Below are positions 1 through 8,190 of a DNA stretch of 63,929 bases, one piece after another; the stretch's first letter is position 1, and the number at the start of each line of letters is the position of its first letter. A program made the position numbers and the translations under genes. A model generated the notes under the pieces. The model saw only the letters and a list, made by a program, of their open reading frames with translations, searched no databases and was not told the origin of the DNA. Location: assembly GCA_028716705.1 (NCBI GenBank), contig JAQUPI010000005.1, positions 1-63,929 of the forward strand, read 5' to 3'. Source of the stretch: Candidatus Omnitrophota bacterium (GTDB taxonomy: Bacteria > Omnitrophota > Gorgyraeia > Gygaellales > Profunditerraquicolaceae).

Positions 1-1
1 G

Positions 2-94
2 GGGTTTTTTCTTAAAACAGTCAATGAGAATAATTTCGCCAACAGGTATGCTCACTCTGTCCGCGCCTTCTGGGCGGCTGAGGCTGGCCTGTGA
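2..94 (+). pseudogene. Window-truncated upstream reading frame with a PilX-like N-terminal motif, closed by an in-frame TGA (92-94); same frame as CDS 101-850
   Basis: Frame-2 translation is GFFLKTVNENNFANRYAHSVRAFWAAEAGL*. AFxAAEAGL is the helix motif I associate with PilX_N-type pilus assembly proteins. ATG 101 follows 6 nt later in the same frame. Confidence 0.4.
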
Positions 95-100
95 ACGGCG

Positions 101-850
101 ATGAAAAATTTACCGAAGCATTCCACGACCGGCAGTGTAGGCGGATGCGGGTACAGCGCGACTACAACCTTCAGGGCAAAAATAAACCACGTTAAATATT
201 ACGATATAGTTTCCACGGGCACAGTTAATTTGCCGAGAGGCGGAAGTATCAGCCGCACGGTGACCGCCGTGGTTAAAACCGGCTCTTCGGACCCCGCTAA
301 ATTCCAATATTCGATCCAGGCGGCTAATGAGCTTTGTTTCGGGGGGAATTGTTCGAAGGACCCCTATTTATACATAGAGCCCAGCGCCTCTCCTTACTGT
401 AACGACCATGATTGCTTCAAGGATATGGATGGCACCTTAAATTTCTCGGATATGCTGGGTTATCAGCTTGAATCCGTAAGCGGTATAGCTACTCACTACA
501 CAAGAGCCGATTTTCCGATGGCGGTCAGCGGTGTAAACTGGGTGGATGTGCAGCCGGGTGAAACCCTGATGGTGGACAGTTCCGCGACCGGAAGCGGCGT
601 ACTGGTCATCGACGGCAACGTGGAATTTGCCGGGGGTTATCATTTTTACGGGGTGATCTGGGTTTTAGGCACGCTTAGGGCGCGCGGCACGTTTGACGCT
701 TACGGAAGCGTGATAATCGCGAGTACCGCGGGGATCGACTCCATCAACGGGGACCCTATGTTCCATTGGAGCCCGACGGATGTCGAGCAGGCCTTGGAGA
801 TCCTGGGTGATAATTTCGCGGACACTGTATCCTGGTATGAGTCTTCATGA
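101..850 (+). CDS. PilX-like type IV pilus assembly / minor-pilin-associated protein, C-terminal portion (hypothetical)
   Basis: 249-aa ORF directly upstream of pilMNOQ. The segment GSGVLVIDGNVEFAGGYHFYGVIWVLGTL..GSVII resembles the C-terminal region of PilX-like proteins (from memory). A Cys-rich central region is present. Confidence 0.5.
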   Translation: MKNLPKHSTTGSVGGCGYSATTTFRAKINHVKYYDIVSTGTVNLPRGGSISRTVTAVVKTGSSDPAKFQYSIQAANELCFGGNCSKDPYLYIEPSASPYCNDHDCFKDMDGTLNFSDMLGYQLESVSGIATHYTRADFPMAVSGVNWVDVQPGETLMVDSSATGSGVLVIDGNVEFAGGYHFYGVIWVLGTLRARGTFDAYGSVIIASTAGIDSINGDPMFHWSPTDVEQALEILGDNFADTVSWYESS

Positions 851-869
851 AAGAGGTTTGACGCATTAA

Positions 870-1886
870 ATGTTAAGATTTAAAAATTTATTTTCGCACG
901 AAAAGTTCTCCTGCGGCCTGGATATCGGCACTCAGGCGATAAAAATGGTTACTTTAAAAGCGGCTAAAGACGAAGTTGAGCTTAATTCTTTCGGCTTGGA
1001 GCCTATCGGGCAGGACCTGGGAGCCGCCCTTAAAAGGATCATGGATTCAACAGGGATAAAGACGGCGGGAATTTCGGTTTCCGGGTCTTCCACCGTGGTA
1101 AGGTACGCTGATTTTCCCAAGATGAGCGAAGAGGAGTTAAGGCAGTCAGTCAGGTTTGAGGCTCAAAAATACATTCCTTTCCCGATAAGCGATGTGAGCC
1201 TGGACAGCTCTGTTTTGAAGGACGATCTTCCCGGGGGAAGGATGCTGGTCTTATTGGCGGCGGTGAAGAAGGATTTCATCAGCCAGCGCATAAAAGCTAT
1301 CCAGGAAGCGGGCATCAGGGTGGAGAATGTGGATTTTGATTCGTTAGCGCTGGTCAGGACTTTTAATTTCAATTATCCGAAGGAAGAATTCGCGGATGAG
1401 AAAAATAAAACCGTTGCCCTGTTGAACATAGGGGCGTCCATAAGCGCGCTCAATATTTTGGAAGAGGGTATCCCGGTTTTCAGCAGGGATATCCATATAG
1501 CCGGTAATAACTTCACAAATAAGATCCGGGAAACCCTGGGGTTAGACCCAAAAGCCGCGGAAGAAATGAAGGTAAACCCCGGCAAGGAAACGGGTAAGGC
1601 CGCCGCTTCCGCGGAAGCGGCGATCTCCGAGCTCGCTGAGCAGCTGAGGGTGTCATTTGACTATTATGAGAGCCAGAGCTCTTCTTCGGCGGGAAAGATC
1701 TTTTTGAGCGGGGGCTCAAGCAGGCTTTCCGGGCTCAAAGAAAGGCTTTCCGCGATCCTTGGATCTTCAGTCCAGGATTGGGACCCCTTAAAGAAGATAA
1801 AAATATCGCAGGAATTGGATCCCGCCAAGGCAAAAGAGTTATCGGGCCAATTTGCGGTAGCGGTGGGACTGGCACTTTCGAGGTAA
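870..1886 (+). CDS. pilM: Type IV pilus assembly protein PilM (actin-like ATPase fold)
   Basis: 338 aa. Contains GLDIGTQAIKMV, LLNIGASISALNIL and HIAGNNFT motifs. Followed by pilN/O/Q. Confidence 0.9.
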   Translation: MLRFKNLFSHEKFSCGLDIGTQAIKMVTLKAAKDEVELNSFGLEPIGQDLGAALKRIMDSTGIKTAGISVSGSSTVVRYADFPKMSEEELRQSVRFEAQKYIPFPISDVSLDSSVLKDDLPGGRMLVLLAAVKKDFISQRIKAIQEAGIRVENVDFDSLALVRTFNFNYPKEEFADEKNKTVALLNIGASISALNILEEGIPVFSRDIHIAGNNFTNKIRETLGLDPKAAEEMKVNPGKETGKAAASAEAAISELAEQLRVSFDYYESQSSSSAGKIFLSGGSSRLSGLKERLSAILGSSVQDWDPLKKIKISQELDPAKAKELSGQFAVAVGLALSR

Positions 1887-1890
1887 GAAT

Positions 1891-2457
1891 ATGGCGATCA
1901 ACCTTTTGCCGGATGAATTAAAGGGAAAAGCGGCGAAGAGCGGCAAGGCAGGCGTAGAAAAATACCTGCCTTACCTCATAGCGGCGATCTTCGCGGTATT
2001 GGTTTTGGCGCATATCTTTCTGGGGGCCGCGGGCTTATTCAAATCGCTTCAATTTAAAAAGCTTAACCGGCAATGGGATAAACTTAAACCGCAAAGGGAA
2101 ACCCTGGATAGGCTAAAGCTGGAGTATGACGCTTCGACTTATGACAGCAGGGTCATTGAATCGCTGGAAAGCCGGCAAATAAGGTGGGACGAGAAACTGA
2201 ACAGGTTAAGCCTGAACCTTCCCCCCGGTATATGGTTCAATGAAATTACGGCATCACGCAAGGAATTGATCCTCAAGGCGTCGGCAATATCCCTGGAAAA
2301 GGAAGAGATGAGCCTTATCAAGAGGTTCCTGGACAATCTAAGGAACGACGCTCTCTTTTTGCGGGGTTTGACCGGGATAGAGCTCGGCCAGGTGCAAAAA
2401 AGGACGATCAGCACCTATGACACGGTGGATTTTGTCCTTACCGCGAAATTAAGATGA
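1891..2457 (+). CDS. pilN: Type IV pilus assembly protein PilN
   Basis: 188 aa. INLLPDE N-terminus, single TM segment (YLIAAIFAVLVLAHIFLGAAGL), periplasmic domain. Lies between pilM and pilO. Confidence 0.8.
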   Translation: MAINLLPDELKGKAAKSGKAGVEKYLPYLIAAIFAVLVLAHIFLGAAGLFKSLQFKKLNRQWDKLKPQRETLDRLKLEYDASTYDSRVIESLESRQIRWDEKLNRLSLNLPPGIWFNEITASRKELILKASAISLEKEEMSLIKRFLDNLRNDALFLRGLTGIELGQVQKRTISTYDTVDFVLTAKLR

Positions 2458-3041
2458 TAAAACTCCCATTTGATAAACTTGGCGGGCTTCAGCTGGATAA
2501 TAAAAAGATCCTTCTCATCGCGGTTATTTCCTTCATGATAGCTTACCTGGACTTCGCGTATATCCTTAAGGCGCAGCTTAACGGAATAAAGACCGTGGGG
2601 CCGAAAATCGTGAAATTGAGAAAGGATATGGATAATTTAAATAAAGAATTGCCCCGGCTTCAGGACCTGGAAAGGAATAAGGGCAAGCTTAAGCAGCAGG
2701 CAGGCCAGCTTCGCCATAAAGAGATCATAAAGGAAGACAGGATACTGCTTTTATTGCAGGAGATAACCGACCTGGCCAATAAGAACAATGTCAAGATAAC
2801 CCAGATTAACACAACCCGGGACACAAAAGCAAAAGAAGAGACCATAGCCGGGGAGAGGCTTCTGCCCGCGATCATAAACTTGAATTTATCATGCGGCTAC
2901 CATTCTTTAGGGCGTTTTATGAATTCTTTCGCTTCGGCAAAGTATTTTATAGATGTGCAGGATATGAAGATCGCGCGCGATACGCGGAACTACATGCTTC
3001 AGAATGTGAATATGGTACTCAAGACCTATGTCAGGAAATAA
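2454..3041 (+). CDS. pilO: Type IV pilus assembly protein PilO
   Basis: 195 aa. One TM segment, a coiled-coil stretch and a C-terminal globular part (LSCGYHSLGRFMNSF). ATGA overlap with pilN. Confidence 0.7.
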   Translation: MIKLPFDKLGGLQLDNKKILLIAVISFMIAYLDFAYILKAQLNGIKTVGPKIVKLRKDMDNLNKELPRLQDLERNKGKLKQQAGQLRHKEIIKEDRILLLLQEITDLANKNNVKITQINTTRDTKAKEETIAGERLLPAIINLNLSCGYHSLGRFMNSFASAKYFIDVQDMKIARDTRNYMLQNVNMVLKTYVRK

Positions 3042-3420
3042 AAGCCGCAAGGTTAATAGAAGCCTATTATTGCCGGCCTGTGCCTGGTATCTTATGTTCG
3101 CCGTCTTGGCGTCTCCGGTTGTTCTGCGCGCGCAGGAGCGGCCCGTTTACGACTCCAAAGGCAAGCGCGATCCTTTTATTCCGCTTGTCACGCCTGACGG
3201 GAGGCTCCTGAGGCTGCCGGATGAAGGGCAATCGGGCCTTGCGCTGGAAGGCATTATTTACGACGGGCAGGGGACCTCTTACGCGATAGTGAACGGAGAA
3301 GTAGTCAAAGTGAACGACATGATCTCCGGATATCAGGTCCTGGGGATCCGGCAAAATAAGGTTACCTTCATGAAAGAGGGCCAGAAGACGGAAATAGAAT
3401 TAAAGGAGGATGAAAAGTGA
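3028..3420 (+). CDS. PilP / GspC-HR / GspB-like small secretin-docking protein
   Basis: 130 aa. Signal/anchor sequence LLLPACAWYLMFAVLASPVVL. C-terminal LALEGIIYDGQGTSYAIVNGEVVKVNDMISGYQVLGIRQNKVTFMKEG pattern. Lies immediately upstream of the secretin. Confidence 0.55.
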   Translation: MSGNKSRKVNRSLLLPACAWYLMFAVLASPVVLRAQERPVYDSKGKRDPFIPLVTPDGRLLRLPDEGQSGLALEGIIYDGQGTSYAIVNGEVVKVNDMISGYQVLGIRQNKVTFMKEGQKTEIELKEDEK

Positions 3421-5039
3421 GCTCAAAAAATTCGAAATTAAATTTTCTTATTTTTTCGCTTGTTTTGAGTTTCGGGCTTGCTTGTATACCGGGCAAGCAC
3501 GGTATTTGGAATTTATACGCCCAGGAGGAGAAAGCCGCGCAGGATGAAGGAGCCGGCACCTTGGATGCCGCCAAGGAAGGCCAGGCCGAAGCCGCCGCGG
3601 TAGTCTCGGAGAATGTCACTCTTGATTTCAAAGACGCGGATATCCGCAATGTGCTCAAAATAATTTCGTATAAGTCGGGCGCGAATATCGTTACCACGCC
3701 GGAAGTCATGGGAAACGTTACCATAAGGCTGGTAGACGTGCCCTGGGAGAAGGCATTGGATGTCATATTGAAGACCTACGGCTTCGGTTATGAGAAGCAG
3801 GGTTCGATAATCACGGTCGCGCCCATGGAGAAGCTAACAGCCCTTAAGAAACAGGAAGTCGAGCTTGCCCAGGTCCAACCCACTCTCACGGAAGTTTACA
3901 ATCTGAAATATATCGACGCGCAGGACGCGAAAAAAGCGCTGGAGCCGCAGTTGTCCGGCCGCGGGCGGATCACCGTCCTGGAGATGACCGGCCAGGCGGG
4001 GTGGGAATTCGGCGTGGAAGATATGTCTAAAAGGCAAAGGGTGGAAGAAGAAAAAAAGTCACGGTCAAAGGTCCTTATCATCAGCGATATACCACCTGTT
4101 CTTGATAAGATAAGGGAAGTGGTAGCGCAATTGGACGCCATGCCCCAGCAGGTCATTGTCGAGACAAGGATAGTCGAAGTCAACCGGGATAGATTAAAGG
4201 ATATCGGTTTTGACTGGGGCACCGGGACTACGGGCGCCGAGTCAACCGCGATCACCGCTACTCCCGCCAGCAAGGTAGGGGGAGAGGCTGCCAGCGAGAT
4301 AGGCGGCCATCTGCTGGGCGACCAGATAATCCCATCTGTCTTCGGCCCCCGCGAAAGCACCACGCTTACTACCGCTAACACCGGGTTAAAGGTATTATTC
4401 AGGAAACTGACCGGCACGCAGTTCGAAGTTCTTTTGCATGCCCTGGAAGAAGACGTAAATACCAACACCTTGTCCGCGCCCAGGATAATGGCGTTGAATA
4501 ACCAGGAGGCATCCATATTGATCGGGACAAAGTTCCCCATCCTTAAGACCGATACGACCGGAGCGGGCAGCACTGCCATAACCAATGTTACCCTCGACTA
4601 TTACCAGGATATAGGCATCCAGCTGAATGTCGTCCCGCAGATAGGCAGCAATGACTATATAAATATGGTCATACATCCCGCGGTGAGCACCTTTGTCAGT
4701 TCCGCGACTTCCATTACCTCGGCTACATACCCGATAATAGATATCCGGGAAGCCGAAACGCGCGTTTTGATGAAGGACAACGAAACCGTGGTCATCGGCG
4801 GGCTTTTGAAGGACGCCAAGGCCAAGGAAATTGTCGGGATCCCGTTCTTGAGCAGGATACCGTTTCTAGGAGTCCTGTTCCGCAGGGAAACCATTGACAC
4901 GCAGAAAGTCGACCTGCTTATTTTTATCACTGCCCATATTGTGCGGGAGAATGAATTTACCCCGGAGGAGATAGCGAGGCTGGAAGAAAGGCTGGAGAGG
5001 GCGCCTTCCAAAAAAGAAAAGAAAGTTTCCGCTGACTAA
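3417..5039 (+). CDS. pilQ: Type IV pilus secretin PilQ
   Basis: 540 aa, GTG start overlapping the upstream stop, RBS aaggagga. N0-like NVTLDFKDADIRNVLKII. Secretin core LSAPRIMALNNQEASI and VVIGGLLKD..IPFLSRIPFLGVLFR. Confidence 0.9.
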   Translation: MSSKNSKLNFLIFSLVLSFGLACIPGKHGIWNLYAQEEKAAQDEGAGTLDAAKEGQAEAAAVVSENVTLDFKDADIRNVLKIISYKSGANIVTTPEVMGNVTIRLVDVPWEKALDVILKTYGFGYEKQGSIITVAPMEKLTALKKQEVELAQVQPTLTEVYNLKYIDAQDAKKALEPQLSGRGRITVLEMTGQAGWEFGVEDMSKRQRVEEEKKSRSKVLIISDIPPVLDKIREVVAQLDAMPQQVIVETRIVEVNRDRLKDIGFDWGTGTTGAESTAITATPASKVGGEAASEIGGHLLGDQIIPSVFGPRESTTLTTANTGLKVLFRKLTGTQFEVLLHALEEDVNTNTLSAPRIMALNNQEASILIGTKFPILKTDTTGAGSTAITNVTLDYYQDIGIQLNVVPQIGSNDYINMVIHPAVSTFVSSATSITSATYPIIDIREAETRVLMKDNETVVIGGLLKDAKAKEIVGIPFLSRIPFLGVLFRRETIDTQKVDLLIFITAHIVRENEFTPEEIARLEERLERAPSKKEKKVSAD

Positions 5040-5052
5040 TCCTGCCGTTTTC

Positions 5053-5352
5053 ATGCGTAAGATCTATTTTACCTTCGCCAAGCGGGGCGAAATGGTGTAT
5101 ATCTCTCACCTGGACCTTATGCGTTTATTCATGCGCGCCCTGCGCAGGGCCGAGCTGCCGGTCAAGATGACCGAAGGTTTCAGCCCGCACCCAAAGATCA
5201 GCATTAAACGGGCCTTAAAACTGGGAATAGAAAGCGAAAAGGAAGAAGCGGTCTTCGTATTAAAAGAGCCGGTGGACGCCAAGGAATTTAAAGACAGATT
5301 GCAAGAACAATTACCCCAAGGAATAACAATAAAGGACGTTACGGCGTTATAA
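5053..5352 (+). CDS. DUF2344 (radical-SAM-associated, TIGR03936-like) protein, short form
   Basis: 99 aa. YISHLDLMRLFMRALRRAELPV..TEGFSPHPKIS matches the N-terminal half of DUF2344 as I recall it. Lies next to an Rne/Rng gene, as is typical. Confidence 0.6.
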   Translation: MRKIYFTFAKRGEMVYISHLDLMRLFMRALRRAELPVKMTEGFSPHPKISIKRALKLGIESEKEEAVFVLKEPVDAKEFKDRLQEQLPQGITIKDVTAL

Positions 5353-5381
5353 TCAATAACGCAAGATTAACGAAAACGAAA

Positions 5382-6827
5382 ATGCCAAAAGAGATATTGA
5401 TAAACATCCAGCCTCAAGAAAAACGGGTCGCCATAGTCAATAACGGGCGCCTTGAAGAATTTTACATCGAACGGCCGCAGGACAAGACCATAGTCGGGAA
5501 CATCTATAAGGGCAGGATCGAAGCCGTCCTGCCGTCGCTGGCGGCGGCATTTGTGGATATCGGGCTAGTCAAAAAAGGGTTTCTCTATCTATCAGAGATA
5601 GAGAATTATTTCGAGTCGCTTGAGACCCAGCAGGGCGCTAAATGCCTGACACAGCCCAAAAAAGGCCAGGAAGTCCTGGTGCAGGCGGTAAAGGAATCAT
5701 TCGGCACCAAGGGGCCGCGCCTATCCTGTTCTATAGGCCTTGCCGGAAGATACCTCGTATTGATGCCCCAGGAAGGGCAAGTAGGCGTCTCCCGCAGGAT
5801 AGAGGATGACGAAGAGAGAAGGCGTTTAAGATCGGTCTTATCGGAGGTAAAACTGCCCAAAGACATTGGTTTCATCGTGCGCACGGCGGCTTCGGGGAGG
5901 CCGAAACAGGAATTGATCCGGGACGCGCATTTTCTGCTTAAGCTATGGAAGCGGCTCGAAAAGATCATCGCGTCAAAGAAAGCCCCCTGCGTGGTTTATG
6001 AGGAGTACGATCTGACCCTGCGCGTGATCAGGGATTCTTTTACAGAGGATGTGACCAAACTGATCGTGGATTCAAAGGAGGAATTTTACAGGATACAGCA
6101 TTTTATGAGGACATTCCTCGGTTATTTGAGAAACAAGGTGGAATTGTACAGGGGCGACGACCTGTTCGAAGCCAAGGATATCGAACGGCAGGTAAACAGG
6201 ATCTTTGAAAGCAAAGTCTACTTAAAATCAAAGGGGTATATTGTCATCGAGCCCACGGAAGGGCTGGTGGTCATAGATGTCAATAGCGGTGGCTTTACCA
6301 AGAAACTGGACCAGGAGGAGACCGCTTTTAAGGTGAATTGCGAGGCGGCCGTTGAGGCGGCCAGGCAACTCATTCTGCGCGACTTGGGCGGGATCATCGT
6401 CATAGATTTCATAGATATGGGCCGGGAATCCCACCGCAGGGAGGTCCTTAATATATTGAAAAAGGCCCTGAGCGATGACCGGGCGAAATACGATATCCTG
6501 GGTATTTCAAAGTTCGGAGTAGTAGAGATGACCCGGGAGCGCATACACCGGACCGTGCAGACCCTCTCTTATCAGCCCTGCCCCTATTGCCAGGGAAGGG
6601 CTAAGGTCAAGTCGCCGGTCACGATGGCTATTTTCGCGCTTAGGGAACTAAAACGGTTCCTGAAAGGCAAATCCTTGAAGCAAGTCAACGTTACCCTGAA
6701 CCCCAGCGTGATCGAAGAGCTTTTAAAGAGTAAGCGCGACCTCAATATGATCGAGCGCAAATTCAGGACAAAGGTAAATTTTATCTCCGAATCTTTCATG
6801 CACATCGAGGATATCCGGATCGCCTGA
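5382..6827 (+). CDS. rng: Rne/Rng family ribonuclease (RNase G-like)
   Basis: 481 aa. S1 domain GNIYKGRIEAVLPSLAAAFVDIG; catalytic region VVIDVNSGGF and GGIIVIDFIDM; Zn-link-like CPYCQG. Confidence 0.85.
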   Translation: MPKEILINIQPQEKRVAIVNNGRLEEFYIERPQDKTIVGNIYKGRIEAVLPSLAAAFVDIGLVKKGFLYLSEIENYFESLETQQGAKCLTQPKKGQEVLVQAVKESFGTKGPRLSCSIGLAGRYLVLMPQEGQVGVSRRIEDDEERRRLRSVLSEVKLPKDIGFIVRTAASGRPKQELIRDAHFLLKLWKRLEKIIASKKAPCVVYEEYDLTLRVIRDSFTEDVTKLIVDSKEEFYRIQHFMRTFLGYLRNKVELYRGDDLFEAKDIERQVNRIFESKVYLKSKGYIVIEPTEGLVVIDVNSGGFTKKLDQEETAFKVNCEAAVEAARQLILRDLGGIIVIDFIDMGRESHRREVLNILKKALSDDRAKYDILGISKFGVVEMTRERIHRTVQTLSYQPCPYCQGRAKVKSPVTMAIFALRELKRFLKGKSLKQVNVTLNPSVIEELLKSKRDLNMIERKFRTKVNFISESFMHIEDIRIA

Positions 6828-6851
6828 TAGGCCCAAAATCCTAATTTGACC

Positions 6852-6880
6852 TTGACGCTGATGTTAGTGTATGTTAATAT
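6852..6880 (+). promoter_or_regulatory. Putative sigma70 promoter of the rplU-obg-pro operon (TTGACG-17-TAATAT with TGn extended -10)
   Basis: TTGACG at 6852-6857, 17-nt spacer, TGtTAATAT at 6872-6880. Lies 34 nt upstream of the rplU ATG, with RBS aaaggagag. Confidence 0.45.
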
Positions 6881-6913
6881 TATTATTTACCCTTAATCAA
6901 AGGAGAGCGAAAA

Positions 6914-7228
6914 ATGTATGCGATAGTTGAGGTTGGAGCAAAACAGTATAACGTAAAGAAAGGCGATACCATTGAAGTGGAGAAATTGGAAGGCAAGGAA
7001 GGGAAAGAAATCTCCCTAAGCAAGGTCCTCCTGCTATCCAAGGACAAAAAAGTGGAAATAGGCTCCCCTTACATAAAGGAAGCCAAGATCGAAGCGCAGA
7101 TCCTGGGACAGATCAAAGGCGAGAAAGTTGTTTCTTATAAGTACAGGCGCCGCAAGTCCTCCCATTGGAAGAAGGGCCATCGCCAGCAGCTTACCCGCCT
7201 GAAGATAAAAGATATTATTTTAAGCTAG
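6914..7228 (+). CDS. rplU: 50S ribosomal protein L21
   Basis: 104 aa. MYAIVEVGAKQYNVKKGDTIEVEKL and C-terminal HRQQLTRLKI. Confidence 0.95.
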   Translation: MYAIVEVGAKQYNVKKGDTIEVEKLEGKEGKEISLSKVLLLSKDKKVEIGSPYIKEAKIEAQILGQIKGEKVVSYKYRRRKSSHWKKGHRQQLTRLKIKDIILS

Positions 7229-7236
7229 TCCTTTTA

Positions 7237-8190
7237 ATGTTCATTGACAAGGCGAAGATCTTTATTAAATCCGGCCCCGGGGGGAAAGGCTGCGAAAGCT
7301 TTTACCGCGACAAATACACCAGAAATGGCATCCCTGACGGGGGGAAGGGCGGGAATGGGTCCGATATTATCATCAGATCGGACAGGAACCTGAGTACGCT
7401 TCTTGATTTTCAGTATAACCGTCATTTCTTTGGGAAAAAAGGCGAAAACGGCTCAAGTAAAAATAAAAAGGGTAAAGACGCCCCACCCATAATTATTCGG
7501 GTACCCTGCGGAACTCAGGTAAAAGACGCCAAGGCAAATTGCCTTTTACGGGATTTGAATCACGACCAGGACCAGCTCATTGCCGCTTACGGCGGGCGCG
7601 GAGGTTCCGGTAATAACCACGGACAAATCCCTTCCAACGGCGATCCGGGAGAAGAAAAAGAAATAATCCTGGACCTGAAGGTCATCGCGGACGCGGGAGT
7701 CGTGGGTTTTCCTAACGCCGGCAAGTCCACGCTTATAGCTGATATATCCAACGCTCACCCTAAGATCGCCGCGTATCCCTTTACGACGAAATTCCCTATC
7801 TTGGGCGTAGTGAGCGCCGGCAAAAAGAACTTTGTGATCGCGGACATACCAGGCCTTATCGAAGGGGCATCGCGCGGAAAAGGCCTGGGAGATAAATTTT
7901 TAAGGCATGTCGAGCGCACAAAGATACTCGTACACCTGATAGATATGTCCGGCAGCGAAGGCAGAGACCCCTTAGAAGATTATAAGACCATAAATAAGGA
8001 ACTAAAAGATTACGGCAGCGCGGTTTATAAGAAGACCCAGGTGATCGCCGCGAATAAGATGGACCTGGACGGCGCTCAGGCTAACCTGGAAAGATTTAAA
8101 AGGGCTGTAAAAAAGACCGTTTATCCCATATCGGCTTTAAAGAAGGAAGGGCTGGAGGAGTTAATTGAAGCAATCGGCAAAAAATTATAA
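7237..8190 (+). CDS. obg: GTPase Obg/CgtA
   Basis: The start is taken at MFIDKAKIFIKSGPGGKGCESF (the ORF-track start 7165 overlaps rplU and is implausible). Gly-rich Obg fold; G1 motif GFPNAGKST; DIPGLIEGA. Confidence 0.95.
   Translation: MFIDKAKIFIKSGPGGKGCESFYRDKYTRNGIPDGGKGGNGSDIIIRSDRNLSTLLDFQYNRHFFGKKGENGSSKNKKGKDAPPIIIRVPCGTQVKDAKANCLLRDLNHDQDQLIAAYGGRGGSGNNHGQIPSNGDPGEEKEIILDLKVIADAGVVGFPNAGKSTLIADISNAHPKIAAYPFTTKFPILGVVSAGKKNFVIADIPGLIEGASRGKGLGDKFLRHVERTKILVHLIDMSGSEGRDPLEDYKTINKELKDYGSAVYKKTQVIAANKMDLDGAQANLERFKRAVKKTVYPISALKKEGLEELIEAIGKKL

Noticed and set aside
92-94. Genome-wide UGA recoding (code 4/25) or selenocysteine at the in-frame TGA
   Set aside because: TGA terminates many conserved genes here at the expected length (pilN, proB, nadD and several GT/MT genes). 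I could not see a convincing SECIS-type hairpin in the ~40 nt after the codon. Only local explanations remain.
1866-1886. Sigma-54 type promoter (TGGCAC at about 1866) near the pilM/pilN junction
   Set aside because: The -12 element TTGC is absent at the required N5 spacing, and the site lies inside the pilM coding sequence.
2891-3211. Plus-strand out-of-frame ORFs overlapping real genes (2891-3211, 14001-14237, 26860-27090, 27819-28085, 30541-30795, 35244-35450, 40079-40291, 58629-58862)
   Set aside because: They are alternative frames of well-supported genes. They have no motifs and Arg/Gly-rich compositions typical of off-frame translation.
3896-4585. Long minus-strand ORFs: 3896-4585, 8512-8973, 11093-11725, 12622-13353, 22725-23231, 36157-36690, 42096-42668, 43123-43635, 43455-43967, 53301-53795 and all shorter ones
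   Set aside because: Each lies antisense to a + strand gene with clear family motifs. Their translations are low-complexity (Ser/Arg/Pro/Leu-rich), have no recognisable motifs, and lack RBS or promoter context. I treat them as shadow ORFs.
7165-7236. N-terminal extensions offered by the ORF track (7165 obg, 19755 rSAM, 25271 SDR, 27145 GT2, 32017 rSAM, 36747 rfbG, 46270 gspH-like, 58947 manC)
   Set aside because: The extensions overlap the preceding gene and add non-homologous residues. Internal starts give canonical N-termini (e.g. MFIDKAKI, MKILVTGGAG, MNYAIILAGG) and ATGA/TAATG junctions.
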